A DNA stretch of 63,930 bases, the filler included, from Chiloscyllium plagiosum (Eukaryota), in assembly GCF_004010195.1 (NCBI RefSeq). It is 5 parts of one record of this genome, joined end to end, with 100 filler letters (N's around TTAATTAATTAA, not from the genome) between each part and the next. Parts side by side here need not be neighbours in the genome. Positions count along the whole stretch, not along the records: positions 62,016 to 63,930 come from NC_057710.1; 4 more parts are not named here. One strand, 5' to 3'. Positions 62,016 through 63,930 of the stretch are shown here, piece by piece. A model generated the notes under the pieces. That model saw only the letters and a program-made list of their open reading frames with translations, did not search any database and was not told the origin of the DNA. A program made the translations under genes and the position numbers. The number at the start of each line of letters is the position of its first letter. The stretch's first letter is position 1.

Positions 62016-63580
62016 GGTTGGTACCTGGGACTTCGATGTTGTGGCCATTTCGGAGACATGGATAGAGCAGGGACAGGAATGGTTGTTGCAGGTTCCAGGA
62101 TTTAGATGTTTCAGTAAGAACAGAGAAGATGGTAAAAGAGGGGGAGGTGTGGCATTGTTGGTCAAGGACAGTATTACAGTTACAGAAAGGGTGTTTGGGG
62201 ACTCGTCAACTGAGGTAGTATGGGCTGAGGTTAGAAACAGGAAAGGAGAGGTCACCCTGTTGGGAGGTTTCTATAGGCCTCGGAATAGTCCCAGAGATGT
62301 AGAGGAAAGGATAGCAAAGATGATTCTCAATAGGAGTGCGAGAGGCAGGGTAGTTGTCATGGGGGGCTTCAACTTTCCAAATACTGACTGGGAACACTAT
62401 AGCACGAGTACTATAGATGGGTCAGTTTTTGTCCAGTGTGTGCAGGAGGACTTCCTGACACAGTATGTAGACAGGCCAACAAGGGGCGAGGCCACATTAC
62501 ATTTGGTCCTGGGTAATGAGCCCGGCCAGGTGTTAGACTTGGAAGTAGGTGAGCACTTTGGTGATAGCGATCACAATTCGGTTATGTTTACAATAGCAAT
62601 GGGCAGGGTTAGGTATATACCGTTGGGTAAGAGATATAACTGGGGGAAAGGCAATTACGATGCAATTAGGCAAGATTTAGGATGCATAGGATGGGGGAGG
62701 AAACTGCAGGGGATAGACACATTAGAAATGTGGAGATTATTCAAGGAACTGCAGGATTGGGCTGAGAGGTGGCAAATGGAGTTCAATGCAGCTAAATGTG
62801 AGGTGATGCACTTTGGGAAGACTAACAGGAAGGCAGGGTACTGGGTCAGTGGAAAGACTCTTGGTAGTGTGGATGTGCAGAGGGATCTTGGAGTCCATGT
62901 ACACAGATCCCTGAAATTTGCCACCCAGGTGGATAGTGCAGTTAAGAAGGTATACGGTGTGTTAGGTTTCATTGGGAGAGGGATTGAGTTCCGGAGCCGC
63001 AATATCACGCTGCAACGATACAAAACGCTGGTGCGGCCGCACTTGGAATATCGTGTCCAGTTCTGGTCCCCATATTTCGGGAAGGATGTGTAACATTGGA
63101 AAAGGTGCAGAGGAGATTTCCCAGGATGTTGCCCTGGTCTGGAGGGAAGGTCTTACGAGGAAAGGCTGAGAGACTTGGGTCTGTTCTCATTGGAAAGAAG
63201 GCGGCTAAGAGGGGGATTTGATAGAGACATACAAGATGATCAGAGGATGAGATAGGGTCAACAGTGACTGTCTTTTTCCTAGGATGGTGACGTCAGCTTG
63301 TACGGTGGGGGGGAGGGGGGCATAACTACAAACTGAGGGGTGATAGATTTAAGACAGATGTCAGAGGCAGGGTTCTCTACTCAGAGAGTGGTAAGGGCGT
63401 GGAATATCCTACCTGCTAATGTAGTCAACTCAGCCGCATTCGGGAGATTTAATCCATGGATAAGCACGCGGTTGATTTTGGGAAAGTGTAGGGGGAATGG
63501 GCTGAGAATAGTTCACAGGTCGGCACAACATCGAGGGCCGAAGGGCCTGTTCTGTGCTGGATTGTTCTGTGTTCTATGTC
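62016..63580 (+). mobile_element. CR1 LINE with APE domain joined in frame to the post-RT region (RT deleted)
   Basis: ORF 62041..63093: ISETW, FYRP, SDHN...MWRLFKE|LQDWAERWQMEFN; CR1 tail at ~63535-63580. Confidence 0.88.
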
Positions 63581-63930
63581 CCACACTGGGACGGAAACTG
63601 AGATTTCTGAAGGTTCAGGGTAGCTTGCAGCCAGTGGTGTAGTTGATCCAGACGTTCAGAAGGGGTTAGATCAGGTCCCAGACGATTCCCACGTGCTGGG
63701 CCCGGGAGTACTGTACTGAGGTGGAGAGAGAGAACTGACTGGGTACACCAAGCAGGAACAGACGGGGGGGGCTTTATCCGAACGGCAGCCAGTGACTTGT
63801 GGGATACGGGAGGGATCCGTGCTGGGATTCCCGAGCTACACGTTCAATGAGGAAGCTGAATGTGACCTCTCCAAATGTGCGGAAGCTGGGCGGGAGGGTG
63901 AGCTGTGAGGGGGTGGGTGGGGGGGGGGGA
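63581..63930 (-). mobile_element. Penelope-like element fragment (post-RT region), runs off the window end
   Basis: Reverse complement similar to ~33460-33800 (PPSQLPHI...DKAPPSVPAWCTQ-type sequence). Confidence 0.65.

Overview
Repeat-dominated vertebrate genomic DNA, most likely from a cartilaginous fish (shark-like), inferred from the V-SINE/HE1-like SINEs, CR1 LINEs and Penelope-like elements. The only host gene I can support is the last coding exon of AMACR (alpha-methylacyl-CoA racemase; minus strand, 2523-2932). I could not find the preceding exon, so most of the window is probably one very long AMACR intron. It is packed with nested CR1 LINEs, Penelope-like elements (PLEs), V-SINEs, a Tigger/pogo relic, a TA-flanked MITE, a possible solo LTR and four 100-bp assembly gaps carrying a TTAATTAATTAA linker. 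The most notable signal is about 25 short copies of PLE terminal repeats, many carrying a minimal type I hammerhead ribozyme (CTGANGA-stem II-GAAA-CG-TC). They occur as solo inserts with 12-16 bp target-site duplications (TSDs), as head-to-head fold-back pairs, as one insert starting at the predicted cleavage site, and as two mini-elements joining a putative ORF start directly to the terminal repeat. Hammerheads in PLEs are known; the specific architectures here are my reading. Repeat boundaries were read by eye and are approximate unless a TSD is given.
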